DNA of 64,000 bases from a candidate division Kazan bacterium GW2011_GWA1_50_15 (lineage in GTDB: Bacteria; Patescibacteriota; Kazan-3B-28). A program made the position numbers and the translations under genes. Positions 27,708 through 37,237 of this stretch are shown one piece after another (position 1 is the first letter of the stretch; each line of letters starts with the position of its first letter). The notes under the pieces were generated by a model. That model saw nothing but the letters and a program-made list of their open reading frames with translations. It had not been told where the DNA came from and did no database searches. Location of the stretch: positions 70,903 through 134,902 of the forward strand of contig CP011216.1 in NCBI GenBank assembly GCA_001029795.1, given 5' to 3'.

Positions 27708-28028
27708 ATGCAGGATGACAAGTGGGAGGCCGCGCTAGATAAGATCCAGGATCAGTTCGAAGTCCTCGAGCAGGGTGAAGAAAGTTTAGAGGCAGGGCCA
27801 GGTGGCCGCGTTGAGTTTATTGTGTTTAATAGCCCGATGGGTCGGCTGAGGTTAGAGCGGACCACCAAGCCAAAAGTAATCGACAAAAAGTCATTTGGTG
27901 GGTCAAAGTACGGTGCAAGTACAGGCGTTGAGTATATATACTCCGACACCGAACAGGTCAAAACGGTTCAAGCGTTTAGGGACAGTAATGGTGAATGGCA
28001 GCCGATCGAGGCCGAAAGCTTGATCTAG
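27708..28028 (+). CDS. Hypothetical protein
   Basis: Acidic ORF of about 106 aa in operon-like position after hisS. Confidence 0.7.
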   Translation: MQDDKWEAALDKIQDQFEVLEQGEESLEAGPGGRVEFIVFNSPMGRLRLERTTKPKVIDKKSFGGSKYGASTGVEYIYSDTEQVKTVQAFRDSNGEWQPIEAESLI

Positions 28029-28033
28029 TAAAC

Positions 28034-28432
28034 ATGGAACTGCGCGTTACAACTCGTGGCCATTTTGATTTCGTTGACGTGACCGATCAAGTCAACGGTC
28101 ATCTAAAAGAGGTTGGGGCGGTCGATGGCGCCGTGTTGGTTTTTGTTAAGGGGACGACGGCAAGCGTGATAGTGAACGAGAATGAGCCTGGGTTTAGAGA
28201 GGATTTGGTTAAGCACTGGCAGGCTTTGGCGCCAATCACGGGGGACTATCAGCACAACCGCAATGCTAATGACGGTAACGCCTATGCCCACATTTTAGCT
28301 ACGCTGGTAGGCAGCAGCCTGACGTTACCGATCAAGGATGGTATGCTGAATTTGGGTGTCTGGCAACGAGTTCTGATAGTCGATTTTGACGAACGGCCCC
28401 GGGAGAGGCAGCTAGTTATCCAGGTTCTTTGA
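28034..28432 (+). CDS. yjbQ: YjbQ/UPF0047 family protein
   Basis: GTTAS..NENE, NAYAH, LGVWQ. Confidence 0.9.
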   Translation: MELRVTTRGHFDFVDVTDQVNGHLKEVGAVDGAVLVFVKGTTASVIVNENEPGFREDLVKHWQALAPITGDYQHNRNANDGNAYAHILATLVGSSLTLPIKDGMLNLGVWQRVLIVDFDERPRERQLVIQVL

Positions 28433-28457
28433 AAAATTTATCAGGGAGGAGTAGACG

Positions 28458-28562
28458 ATGCAGGGGAACGATAAAAGCCTTAGTGGGTTGGTCGCGATCT
28501 ACTGCTTTGCGGTTATTGCGGTTATGGTGGTCGCCCTTATGGTGTGTCAGGCACTCAAGTAG
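28458..28562 (+). CDS. 34-aa single-TM small protein (not in ORF track)
   Basis: SD GGGAGGAG; MQGNDKSLSGLVAIYCFAVIAVMVVALMVCQALK. Confidence 0.55.
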   Translation: MQGNDKSLSGLVAIYCFAVIAVMVVALMVCQALK

Positions 28563-28628
28563 CCAAGGCTTAAGCTGTCGGATTCATAACTTGGCAAAAA
28601 TCATTCTGTCGGGAGGTGATCGCAAGTG

Positions 28629-28769
28629 ATGAAGAGTGCAGAGAATCCGGAAGAACAACCGATTGTTTCGCGTCCGGATTTTGCCGAGATGGGGTCCCTG
28701 ATGGGCCTCGTGTTTGTGGCACTAGTTATTGTGGGGGTGGTCAAGTTGATTATCCAGTGGTGGCGCTAG
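28629..28769 (+). CDS. 46-aa single-TM small protein (not in ORF track)
   Basis: SD GGGAGGTG; MKSAENPEEQPIVSRPDFAEMGSLMGLVFVALVIVGVVKLIIQWWR. Confidence 0.55.
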   Translation: MKSAENPEEQPIVSRPDFAEMGSLMGLVFVALVIVGVVKLIIQWWR

Positions 28770-28851
28770 ATGGAGGTGAATTCCGCGCCAATGTCGGTTG
28801 TCCTTTATAACGGGGCGTAAATTTACGCCCCGTTTTTGATATGATACGGGC

Positions 28852-29202
28852 GTGATGGAGGATAGTATTTTTGCGCAGTTCGCGCGGGGAGAACTCAGAC
28901 CGGACAAGGTCCGGTTTGAGAATGATGAGATGCTGGCCTTTGACGATATTAATCCCGCCGCGCCGGTACACATCCTGATCATCCCAAAAGAACCGATTGC
29001 GAGCGTCGCCGAGTTGACCGAGGCGCAAGCGGGGATAGTGAGCCGGATGGTCTATCGGGCTAAGCTGCTGGCAGAGGAGCTGGGGATAGCCGAGTCGGGA
29101 TATCGGGTCAGTTTTAACGTGGGTAAGGATGGGGGCCAGATAGTACCCTATCTTCATCTGCATTTGATGGGTGGCTCCCATTCTTGGCGGGATAGGCAAT
29201 AA
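28852..29202 (+). CDS. HIT (histidine triad) nucleotide-binding protein
   Basis: AFDDINPAAPVHILIIPK, GGQIVPYLHLHLMGG. Confidence 0.92.
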   Translation: MMEDSIFAQFARGELRPDKVRFENDEMLAFDDINPAAPVHILIIPKEPIASVAELTEAQAGIVSRMVYRAKLLAEELGIAESGYRVSFNVGKDGGQIVPYLHLHLMGGSHSWRDRQ

Positions 29203-29241
29203 ACCCTTGATTTAGTCGGAGAAAACCGATATCCTCTTGGC

Positions 29242-29445
29242 ATGTCAACTTTTGTAAAAAGACAGGACAGAGAGAGCTTCGATGCCATGCTCCGGAGGTT
29301 CACCCGAATGGTGATAGGTAGTAAAGTTATTACCGAAGCCAAGGACCGGCAGTTCTTCAAAAAAGAGACCACACGGAGAGCGCGGCGATCTTCAGCTGTC
29401 CGGAGGGAAAAAATTAGAGCGCAGAAGCAGCGCGAACTTTATTAA
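29242..29445 (+). CDS. rpsU: 30S ribosomal protein S21
   Basis: ESFDAMLRRF, basic C-terminus, HIT-rpsU-yqeY synteny. Confidence 0.85.
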   Translation: MSTFVKRQDRESFDAMLRRFTRMVIGSKVITEAKDRQFFKKETTRRARRSSAVRREKIRAQKQRELY

Positions 29446-29449
29446 AAAA

Positions 29450-29545
29450 TCTCGAGAGGGAAACGGGAGTGCGTTTCCCTCTCGACGTTCGTGGGCAAAG
29501 CCCGTTCCGGCGTAGCCGGAACGGGCTCACTGCTCTCCCTTCCAC
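29450..29545. repeat. Palindromic element, family 2 (left-half copy)
   Basis: TCGAGAGGGAAAC...GTTTCCCTCTCGACGTTCGTGGGCAAAGCCC...GCTCACTGCTCTC, near-identical to 33008-33100. Confidence 0.75.
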
Positions 29546-29559
29546 TCATTGGAGAAAAA

Positions 29560-30006
29560 ATGGGATTAAAGGAACAAATTGCGACAGAACTGATCCAGGC
29601 GCTTAAAGCTCACGAGGGAGCTAAGGTTTCAACTCTGCGGTTACTCATGGCGGCTTTTAACAATATGGAGATAGAAAAACGCACCGCTGGCATCGCCCAG
29701 TTGGAAGACAAGGATTACCAGGCGGTGGTAAAGCGCGAGGCCAAGAAACGGCAGGAGTCGATCGAAATATATAAAACTGCCGGGAGAACCGAACTGCAGC
29801 AGAAGGAAGAGGCTGAGTTAGGGATTCTAACTAAGTATCTGCCGGCCGAGATGGGCGAGGCAGAGGTGAGGGCGATTGTGGACGCGGTGGTGGCCGAAAA
29901 GGGCACAGACAATATGGGGATGCTGATCGGCGAGGTAATGAAACGGACAGAGGGCCGAGCTGACGGCGGTTTGGTGGCCAGATTAGTGAAAGACAAACTG
30001 GGTTAG
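29560..30006 (+). CDS. yqeY: GatB/YqeY domain protein
   Basis: STLRLL, KKRQESIEIY..GR, E..IL..YLP. Confidence 0.9.
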   Translation: MGLKEQIATELIQALKAHEGAKVSTLRLLMAAFNNMEIEKRTAGIAQLEDKDYQAVVKREAKKRQESIEIYKTAGRTELQQKEEAELGILTKYLPAEMGEAEVRAIVDAVVAEKGTDNMGMLIGEVMKRTEGRADGGLVARLVKDKLG

Positions 30007-30020
30007 CTGTTTGGGACGAT

Positions 30021-30479
30021 ATGGCGAGAGTGTACGTTGGCTATGACCAGTTCGGGATTACAGGGGTGGATGATGAGTTCATCCGCTTTATTTTTGATGT
30101 AGTTGTGAGTCTGGCAAAGTTAGAGCCAGAGAGTGAGATTGGGTTGGTGATAACTAACGATGTTCAGATGCAGAAGTTAAATCGTCAGTATCGCGGGAAA
30201 GATCAACCAACTAATGTGTTGTCGTTCGCGTATCACGAAACGGTTCCAAGTGATTTTATGGCCAAGGGAGATGAACACTACATCGGCGATATATATATTT
30301 CATACGAACGCGTGTTGGCGCAGGCGGAGGTCTTAAAAGTGGCTGATAAGGACGAGTTCGCTAGATTATTTGTTCATGGGTTATTTCACTTGGCGGGTAT
30401 CCATCACAATAATCCTAAGGAAGAGGCTAGGATGGAAGCGTTGGAGGATAAGGCGCTAGCGATCGTCTCTGCGGCCTGA
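30021..30479 (+). CDS. ybeY: rRNA maturation RNase YbeY
   Basis: LNRQYRGKDQPTNVLSF, GDIYIS, HGLFHLAGIHH. Confidence 0.93.
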   Translation: MARVYVGYDQFGITGVDDEFIRFIFDVVVSLAKLEPESEIGLVITNDVQMQKLNRQYRGKDQPTNVLSFAYHETVPSDFMAKGDEHYIGDIYISYERVLAQAEVLKVADKDEFARLFVHGLFHLAGIHHNNPKEEARMEALEDKALAIVSAA

Positions 30480-30540
30480 TTTGGCGCTCCGGGGCAGTTT
30501 GAGCTAGAATAAGAGCAGATTTTTCGACGAATAACCATAA

Positions 30541-31761
30541 ATGAAAGAAAAGATTTCGGTCGGGATTGATATTGGTGATTCGCAGGTGGTCGCGGTGATA
30601 GGACACCGGGCCGAAGGCGAAACCCACCCCAGCATAGTCGGGGTAGGTTTGCGTGATGGATCTGGTATGCGCCGCGGAGTGATCACCGATGTAGAGGAGG
30701 CCACAGCGGCCATCGGCGGAGCGGTAGAGGACGCTGAACGAATGGCCGGTCTGCCGGTGGAGGCAGTTTACGTTTCAATATCCGGCGAACACATTAGTTC
30801 GACGAACAACAAGGGTTTGATCGCGTTAACTCGGGGTCGGGAAGACATCACCCAAGATGACGTGATGCGGGTGATCGAGACGGCCCAATCGGTCACTGTA
30901 CCGGCTAACCGAGAGATCCTCCACGTGATATCGCGGATGTTCATTGTGGATGGCCAAGAGGGGATCAAAGATCCGGTCGGGATGAGCGGCAACCGGTTGG
31001 AGGTGGATGCGCATGTGGTGACAGGCGCCAGCCCATTTATTAAAAACCTACGTCGGACGGCGGAGCAGGCCGGAGTAGCTGTAGCTAGCTTCGTGCTAAG
31101 CCCTCTAGCGGCCAGTAAGGCGGTTTTGTCGAAGAAGTCTAAGGAGCTGGGGGTGGTACTGCTGGATATTGGGGCTGGTACGACCGGACTGGTGGTGTTT
31201 GAGGAGGGGGATATCTACCACTCGGCGGTTATCCCGATCGGTTCGGCGCATATTACTTCCGATATCGCGTTGGGGCTGCGGATCGGATTGGATCTGGCCG
31301 AACGGGTCAAAGTCGAATATGGCATGGCCAGCCCGATCACACTTTCTGATAATGACAAGATCGATCTGTCGCGGATGGATCGCGATGAAGAACAAGTGGT
31401 ATCACGACGGTACGTGGCCGAGATCATTGAGGCGAGATTGGCCGAACTTTTTAACATGGTTAAATTAGAGCTTAGACGAGTTGGTCGCGACGGTATGCTG
31501 CCGGCTGGAGCGGTGTTGGTGGGTGGCGGGGCGAAACTGCCCGGTATCATTGAATCAGCCAAAGAGCATTTGGGTTTGCCAGCACAACTCGGTTTCCCCG
31601 TCGAATTAAAAGGCATGGTGGATAAATTAGACGATCCGAGGTTCGCCACATCGATCGGTTTGATGTTGTGGGGGATTGATGACGAAGAGACGAGGATGAC
31701 CTTTCCGACGGTAGATATCACTTCGATCGTGGCTCGGATCAAAGGAATCTTTTCAAAATAA
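30541..31761 (+). CDS. ftsA: Cell division protein FtsA
   Basis: GIDIG, DIGAGTT, EIIEARLAE, GGGAKL; precedes ftsZ. Confidence 0.96.
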   Translation: MKEKISVGIDIGDSQVVAVIGHRAEGETHPSIVGVGLRDGSGMRRGVITDVEEATAAIGGAVEDAERMAGLPVEAVYVSISGEHISSTNNKGLIALTRGREDITQDDVMRVIETAQSVTVPANREILHVISRMFIVDGQEGIKDPVGMSGNRLEVDAHVVTGASPFIKNLRRTAEQAGVAVASFVLSPLAASKAVLSKKSKELGVVLLDIGAGTTGLVVFEEGDIYHSAVIPIGSAHITSDIALGLRIGLDLAERVKVEYGMASPITLSDNDKIDLSRMDRDEEQVVSRRYVAEIIEARLAELFNMVKLELRRVGRDGMLPAGAVLVGGGAKLPGIIESAKEHLGLPAQLGFPVELKGMVDKLDDPRFATSIGLMLWGIDDEETRMTFPTVDITSIVARIKGIFSK

Positions 31762-31904
31762 ACCCGCACTGGAGGCTAGCATTTCAAACATCGCCTCTGG
31801 CGGTGTTTGACAGCGCGAAAAGCCGCCCCGTACAATGGTATGTCGGGTGGAACCCAGGGAGGTTTTTATATAAGTAGTTAACTAATGGAGGTCGAAGAGA
31901 GTTT

Positions 31905-33005
31905 ATGTCGACACGCAAAAGACCTACTGATGCGACATCGTCCGAGTTTAAGGAGGAGGACGTTTTCGCTCGCATTAAGGTGGTCGGTGTGGGGGGATCC
32001 GGTTGCCATGCGATCAATCGCATGATCAGCTCCCGAATTAAGGGAGTTGAGTTTGTAGCAATCAACACCGACGCGCAGGATCTTCACTATTGTGAGGCGC
32101 CTGTTAGGGTTCATATTGGCCAGACCACTACCCGTGGACTTGGCGCCGGCTCGGACCCTGAGCTGGGAAAGAAATCGGCGGAGGAGAACAAAGAGGACGT
32201 CTATAACGCCTTGAAAGACGCCGATATGGTATTTATCACTTGCGGACTTGGTGGCGGTACTGGTACCGGCGCGGCACCGATCGTGGCAGAGATCGCGCGG
32301 GAACTGGGGGCGCTCACCGTTGCAGTAGTGACGAAACCATTTTCTTTTGAAGGGCTCCGGCGCAAAAAGGTAGCCGAAGAAGGGCTATCGGAACTGCAGC
32401 CACGGGTGGACACATTGATCACTATCCCCAACGATCGCTTGTTGCAAGTGATCGACAAGAAGACATCGTTATACGATGCTTTCACGGTAGTGGATGATGT
32501 GTTGCGCCAGGGCGTGCAAGGTATCTCTGATTTGATCACCATGCATGGGATGATTAACGTCGACTTTGCCGATGTGAAAGCCATCATGCAAAATGCTGGG
32601 AGCGCTTTGATGGGTATCGGCCGCGGGACTGGCGAGAGTCGGACTCTGGAAGCGGCCAAGATGGCGATCGACTCGCCGTTACTTGAGTTATCCATCGACG
32701 GCGCAAAAGGGATTCTCTTTAATATCACCGGCGGACCGGATATGTCGATGTACGAGATCGATGAGGCGGCCAGAATTATTACGGAGGCAGCCGATCCGGA
32801 TGCCAACATCATCTTCGGTGCGGTGATTGATGAAGCGATGCAGGGCGAAGTAAAGATCACGGTCATCGCCACCGGTTTCGACGAGAACTATGGTCAGCGG
32901 CGCAAGGGCGGCAAGGCGCCCATGGCGAGAGAAGAAACCAATGGAGATATGGATGAGAAGGATACGCTGGATGTGCCGGCGTTCATTAGAAAAAAAATTA
33001 GGTAA
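31905..33005 (+). CDS. ftsZ: Cell division protein FtsZ
   Basis: GGGTGTG tubulin signature, NVDFADV, C-terminal DVPAFIRK. Confidence 0.98.
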   Translation: MSTRKRPTDATSSEFKEEDVFARIKVVGVGGSGCHAINRMISSRIKGVEFVAINTDAQDLHYCEAPVRVHIGQTTTRGLGAGSDPELGKKSAEENKEDVYNALKDADMVFITCGLGGGTGTGAAPIVAEIARELGALTVAVVTKPFSFEGLRRKKVAEEGLSELQPRVDTLITIPNDRLLQVIDKKTSLYDAFTVVDDVLRQGVQGISDLITMHGMINVDFADVKAIMQNAGSALMGIGRGTGESRTLEAAKMAIDSPLLELSIDGAKGILFNITGGPDMSMYEIDEAARIITEAADPDANIIFGAVIDEAMQGEVKITVIATGFDENYGQRRKGGKAPMAREETNGDMDEKDTLDVPAFIRKKIR

Positions 33006-33007
33006 AC

Positions 33008-33242
33008 TCTCGAGAGAGGAACGGGGTGTGTTCCTCTCTCGACGTTCATGGGCAAAGCCCATTCCGGCTACGCCGGAACAAGCTCACTGCTCTCACCTCC
33101 ACCTTGGAAGAGCAAAAGGCCGCGCCATGAGGCGGCCTTTTGGGTGGAGTGGGGAGCAGAGCCGCCAGGTCGAGCGAAGCGAAACTCAGCTTTTGCTGAC
33201 GGCTCGATGAGGGGAGAACACCCCCACGTTCTCCCCTCATGA
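33008..33242. repeat. Palindromic element, family 2 (full-length, folds back on itself)
   Basis: CTGCTCTCACCTCCACC pairs with GGTGGAGTGGGGAGCAG; terminal hairpins at both ends. Confidence 0.75.
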
Positions 33243-33295
33243 TGTTATGGGGATAAAAGGAGGGGATAACTAGTGTCAGAGTAGATTTGAGGGAA

Positions 33296-33344
33296 ACACT
33301 AGATATGGGGTTAGTATTGTAGTTGCGACCACAAAATGCAGTAG
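33296..33344 (+). promoter_or_regulatory. Putative tandem NrdR boxes
   Basis: ACACTAGATATGGGGT and CCACAAAATGCAGTAG resemble acaCwAtATaTwGtg; upstream of nrdR-nrdJ. Confidence 0.55.
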
Positions 33345-33377
33345 TTCCTCGGTTCCTCGGCATGACAGTCAAAAAAG

Positions 33378-33860
33378 ATGAAGTGTCCACAATGTAATCA
33401 CGAAGAGAGTGCGGTAGTCGATTCGCGCGAGGCGGAGGAGGGCGGGACCATCCGCCGCCGCCGTGAATGCGTGAAATGTAAATTTCGTTTCACGACTTAC
33501 GAACGGCTGGAACACCCGCGGCTGATGGTGATAAAAAAAGACGGTTCGCGGGAACTGTTCGACCGCGGGAAGATCGCGGGGGGAATTTACAAAGCGTTTT
33601 ACAAGCGGCCAGTGGCGGCCAGCGCAATAGAAAAGATGTTGGATGAAATAGAACGCGAAGTATACGAAGCGAATCGCGATGAAATTGCGTCAGGTGAGGT
33701 TGGCGAGCTGGTGATGAGACATATCGAGCGGTTGGACCAAGTAGCTTACATCCGGTTCGCGGCGGTCTATCGGGAGTTTGCCGATCTGGATACGTTTAAG
33801 ACCGAGATCCAGAAACTAATAACCAAAAGCCATAATCAAGGCAGAATATCAACTAAATAA
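33378..33860 (+). CDS. nrdR: Transcriptional repressor NrdR
   Basis: MKCPQC, DSR, RRRRECVKC..RFTTYE, ATP cone, VAYIRFA. Confidence 0.97.
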   Translation: MKCPQCNHEESAVVDSREAEEGGTIRRRRECVKCKFRFTTYERLEHPRLMVIKKDGSRELFDRGKIAGGIYKAFYKRPVAASAIEKMLDEIEREVYEANRDEIASGEVGELVMRHIERLDQVAYIRFAAVYREFADLDTFKTEIQKLITKSHNQGRISTK

Positions 33861-33869
33861 GGATGAGAT

Positions 33870-36722
33870 ATGGGGAACGGTATTAGCAAAGCAGAACAGG
33901 AGTTGGTGACTCGGCGGTTTACCCGGCCGGGTGATGATATATTCAAGATGTTGGATTGGGGTGTACGCCATGTGGAGCTAAAAGACGCCAGCGGTCGGAT
34001 GCTTTTAGATAAAGATGTGGAGGCGCCGCTATCCTGGTCAGATACGGCGGTGACGATCGCTGCCTATAAATATCTGCGCAAGCGAGGGGTGAGTACGCCG
34101 GAGGGGTGTGAGATATCGATCAGACAGCTAGTCCATCGCGTAGCCCATACTATTCGTACGGCAGGCGAGAAGTTGGGCCATCTCACCACTAAAGAGTTGG
34201 CGGATACATTTGAAGATGAGTTGAAATATATTTTGGTTACGCAGCGGGGGGCATTCAACTCTCCGGTGTGGTTCAATGTTGGGCTGTGGCACGAGTACAA
34301 CATTGATGGTTCAACCTTGAATTTTTTCTGGAATCAAGAGACTAATGAAGTTGAGCGAGCTACTAACGCCTACGAACATCCGCAAAGTTCGGCTTGCTTT
34401 ATTCAATCAATTAAAGACGACTTGGGCGATATCTTTGACCTAGTCAAAAAAGAGTCGCAGCTTTTTAAACACGGTAGTGGCACTGGAACTAACTTTTCAT
34501 CTTTGCGGTCAAAGTACGAACTGTTATCTGGTGGCGGAACTAGTAGTGGTGTAATGTCGTTTTTAAATGTGTTTAACGCTGGCGCAGGCGCGACTAAGTC
34601 GGGCGGGACGACCAGACGAGCCGCTAAGATGGTGATCTTAAACGTGGATCACCCTGAGATCATGGATTTTATTCGCTGGAAAGCGCGGGAGGAGGAGAAG
34701 GCCAAGATCCTGATCGAATATGGCGGTCTGCCGTCTGATTTCAACGGCGAGGCGTATCAGACAGTAGGTGGCCAAAACTCGAATAACTCAGTGCGGGTGA
34801 CAGATGAGTTTATGCAGAGCTATCTAGCCGGCGGTCAATGGGACACCCACGAAGTGCTGGGCGGTCGAGTGATCAACACCTACCCGGCCAAGCAGATCAT
34901 GCATGAGATAGCCGAGGCGGCTTGGCGGTGCGCCGACCCCGGGATGCAGTACGACACCACCATCAACCGGTGGCACACATGCAAGGTTAGTGGCCGCATT
35001 AACGGCAGTAATCCCTGCAGTGAGTATATGTTTTTGGACGATACTTCCTGCAACTTGGCCTCCATCAATTTGGTTAAGTTTATGAACGAGGACGGGAGTT
35101 TCAACGTCGAGGAGTTTCATCACGCGGTGGACATCTTTATTTTGGCGCAGGAGATTTTAGTTGATTTTTCGTCTTATCCGGCTAGGGGCATGGCTCAAAA
35201 CTCGCACGAGTTCCGTCCGCTAGGGCTGGGCTACGCCAACTTGGGGGCGTATTTGATGCGGGCCGGACTGCCTTATGACTCGGACAAGGGCCGAGCGCTG
35301 TCAGCGGCGATTACCGCCATGATGACGGGACGAGCCTACGCCCAGTCGGCTCGAATTGCCGAAAAGGTGGGGCCGTTCCCAGGTTACGCTAAAAATCGCG
35401 AGAGTATGTTGGAAGTTATCGGCATGCATCGAGACGCGGCGTATCGCGTTGATGCTAACAACTTGTCGGCGGAATTATTGGCCGTTTCTAAGCAAGATTG
35501 GGATGAGGCACTGGCGCTGGGTGAAAAGCATGGGTTTAGAAATGCGCAAGCCACGGTGTTGGCGCCGACGGGGACGATTGGTCCTTTAATGGACGCGGAT
35601 ACTACTGGCATCGAACCGGACTTTGCGTTGGTTAAATATAAGAAGTTAGCCGGTGGCGGCGGATATTCGATCGTGAATCAGTCAGTTGCACCGGCGCTAG
35701 AACGATTGGGCTATACGGGGAATGAAATTAAAACAATTACGGATTATATTTTAGAGACCGGCAAAATTGAAAACGCACCACATTTGAAAGATGAACATTT
35801 GCCGATTTTCGACTGCGCTAATCGGTGTGGTGACGGCAAAAGATTCATTCGGGCGATGGCGCACTTGGAAATTATGGCGGCGACTCAACCTTTCATTAGC
35901 GGCGCCATTAGCAAAACGGTGAATATGCCGGAGGAGGTGACGGTCGAGGAGGTGGAGGAGGTTTACATTGAGGCCTGGCGGAAGGGTCTGAAGGCGTTGG
36001 CGTTGTATCGGGATAACTGCAAGGCCTCCCAGCCGTTGTCAGCCAAGCGCAAAGAAGTGGAGGCGGCTACGACGCTCATCCCGGCCAAAGCACCAGAAAC
36101 CCATATGCCTAAAACCCGTCAGGGTATCACCCATAGTTTTATTGTGGGCAATCATAAGATCTATCTGACAGCCAATCACTTTGATGACGGTCGGCTGGGC
36201 GAGATATTTTTGCGGTCGGCGCGCGAGGGCTCGATGGTATCGGGTCTGCTCGATACCTTGGCTCGGTTGATGTCGAAGGCCTTACAGCGCGGTGAGTCAG
36301 TAGAATCATTAATTGATTCGCTCATCAATATGCGATTCGAACCGTGGGGCGCGACTGATGATGCAGACATCCCGTTCGCGAAATCCATTCCTGACTACAT
36401 CGCGCGGTGGTTGGGCCGGCAGTTCTTACCGGTTAATCGGCAGGTGATGTTCGGTATCATCGGCGAAGATGTCGCTAAGAGCTTAGAGAGCACGGATGTG
36501 ACAAACGTGGACACTAAAGACCAGACGGTCGAAGCCGCCGCGGATGAAACGCCCGAACCCATCACTTTGCCGCTACAGGAGACATTCAATATCAAGATGG
36601 AGGCTAATGGCGATGTGGCGGAGGGCTCAGCCCCGCCGTGTCCGACCTGCGGCGCTTTGATGGTCCGTAACGGGACATGCTATGCTTGCCGCGAATGCGG
36701 GACGACGACAGGATGCAGCTAG
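33870..36722 (+). CDS. nrdJ: Vitamin B12-dependent (class II) ribonucleotide reductase
   Basis: FNSPVWFN, SACFI, SNPCSEY, APTGTI, C-terminal CPTCG...C..CG zinc ribbon. Confidence 0.95.
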   Translation: MGNGISKAEQELVTRRFTRPGDDIFKMLDWGVRHVELKDASGRMLLDKDVEAPLSWSDTAVTIAAYKYLRKRGVSTPEGCEISIRQLVHRVAHTIRTAGEKLGHLTTKELADTFEDELKYILVTQRGAFNSPVWFNVGLWHEYNIDGSTLNFFWNQETNEVERATNAYEHPQSSACFIQSIKDDLGDIFDLVKKESQLFKHGSGTGTNFSSLRSKYELLSGGGTSSGVMSFLNVFNAGAGATKSGGTTRRAAKMVILNVDHPEIMDFIRWKAREEEKAKILIEYGGLPSDFNGEAYQTVGGQNSNNSVRVTDEFMQSYLAGGQWDTHEVLGGRVINTYPAKQIMHEIAEAAWRCADPGMQYDTTINRWHTCKVSGRINGSNPCSEYMFLDDTSCNLASINLVKFMNEDGSFNVEEFHHAVDIFILAQEILVDFSSYPARGMAQNSHEFRPLGLGYANLGAYLMRAGLPYDSDKGRALSAAITAMMTGRAYAQSARIAEKVGPFPGYAKNRESMLEVIGMHRDAAYRVDANNLSAELLAVSKQDWDEALALGEKHGFRNAQATVLAPTGTIGPLMDADTTGIEPDFALVKYKKLAGGGGYSIVNQSVAPALERLGYTGNEIKTITDYILETGKIENAPHLKDEHLPIFDCANRCGDGKRFIRAMAHLEIMAATQPFISGAISKTVNMPEEVTVEEVEEVYIEAWRKGLKALALYRDNCKASQPLSAKRKEVEAATTLIPAKAPETHMPKTRQGITHSFIVGNHKIYLTANHFDDGRLGEIFLRSAREGSMVSGLLDTLARLMSKALQRGESVESLIDSLINMRFEPWGATDDADIPFAKSIPDYIARWLGRQFLPVNRQVMFGIIGEDVAKSLESTDVTNVDTKDQTVEAAADETPEPITLPLQETFNIKMEANGDVAEGSAPPCPTCGALMVRNGTCYACRECGTTTGCS

Positions 36723-36796
36723 AGAGTGAATCATGAAGTACGAATAATGAATTATGGGGTAAGACAGGGAGATATAGAGCAGATTGAGCAAATAAA

Positions 36797-37237
36797 ATGA
36801 GTATTTTTCTTGGCTTTATAGTTTTGGTGGCGGCACTCTTGGCCCTGCTGGAGATCCAGATCGAGGGCCGAGAGGGCTGGGCTAAGAATCTACCGACCTG
36901 GCGGCTGCGGGGCACTTGGCTGAATCGTCTGTTGGGACGGCAAGAGTTTACTGGATATCATCTGCATCTCAACCTGCTGATGTTAGCCTTGTTCCATCTG
37001 CCTGTTGTGGTCTTGGGTGAGTGGAGTTGGGCGCTGGAAGCGCGGGTGCTGGGCGGGATGATGGTGATGTCCGTCATTGAGGATTTTCTGTGGTTCGTTT
37101 TTAACCCGCGCTGGAAGTTACGGGAATTCTTTGCTCACCAAGTACCCTGGCATCAACTGTGGGTGGGGCCTTTTCCGGGCTTCTACTACACTGGCTTAAT
37201 TATCGGATGGTGGTTAATCTATTGGTCTTACCGATGA
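36797..37237 (+). CDS. Hypothetical multi-pass membrane protein
   Basis: Hydrophobic helices; EIQIEG..GW..LPTW and EDFLWF motifs. Confidence 0.75.
   Translation: MSIFLGFIVLVAALLALLEIQIEGREGWAKNLPTWRLRGTWLNRLLGRQEFTGYHLHLNLLMLALFHLPVVVLGEWSWALEARVLGGMMVMSVIEDFLWFVFNPRWKLREFFAHQVPWHQLWVGPFPGFYYTGLIIGWWLIYWSYR

Noticed and set aside
28429-28810. ORF-track 66-aa and 64-aa ORFs
   Set aside because: Shorter ORFs in other frames have properly spaced SD sequences and TM helices.
32201-32872. Long antisense ORFs (223 aa in ftsZ, 197 aa over NYN, 184 aa in ftsA, 179 aa in rplA and others)
   Set aside because: Shadow ORFs opposite conserved genes, with no motifs or initiation signals.
33048-33242. 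64-aa ORF (and the 29491 N-terminal extension of yqeY)
   Set aside because: Both are translations of the family-2 repeat.
33008-33377. Cobalamin riboswitch upstream of nrdR-nrdJ
   Set aside because: No recognisable B12-box; the structure belongs to repeat family 2, which also occurs after rpsU and before hisS.
33870-36722. Intein in NrdJ
   Set aside because: Length and motif spacing are normal; no intein boundary motifs seen.
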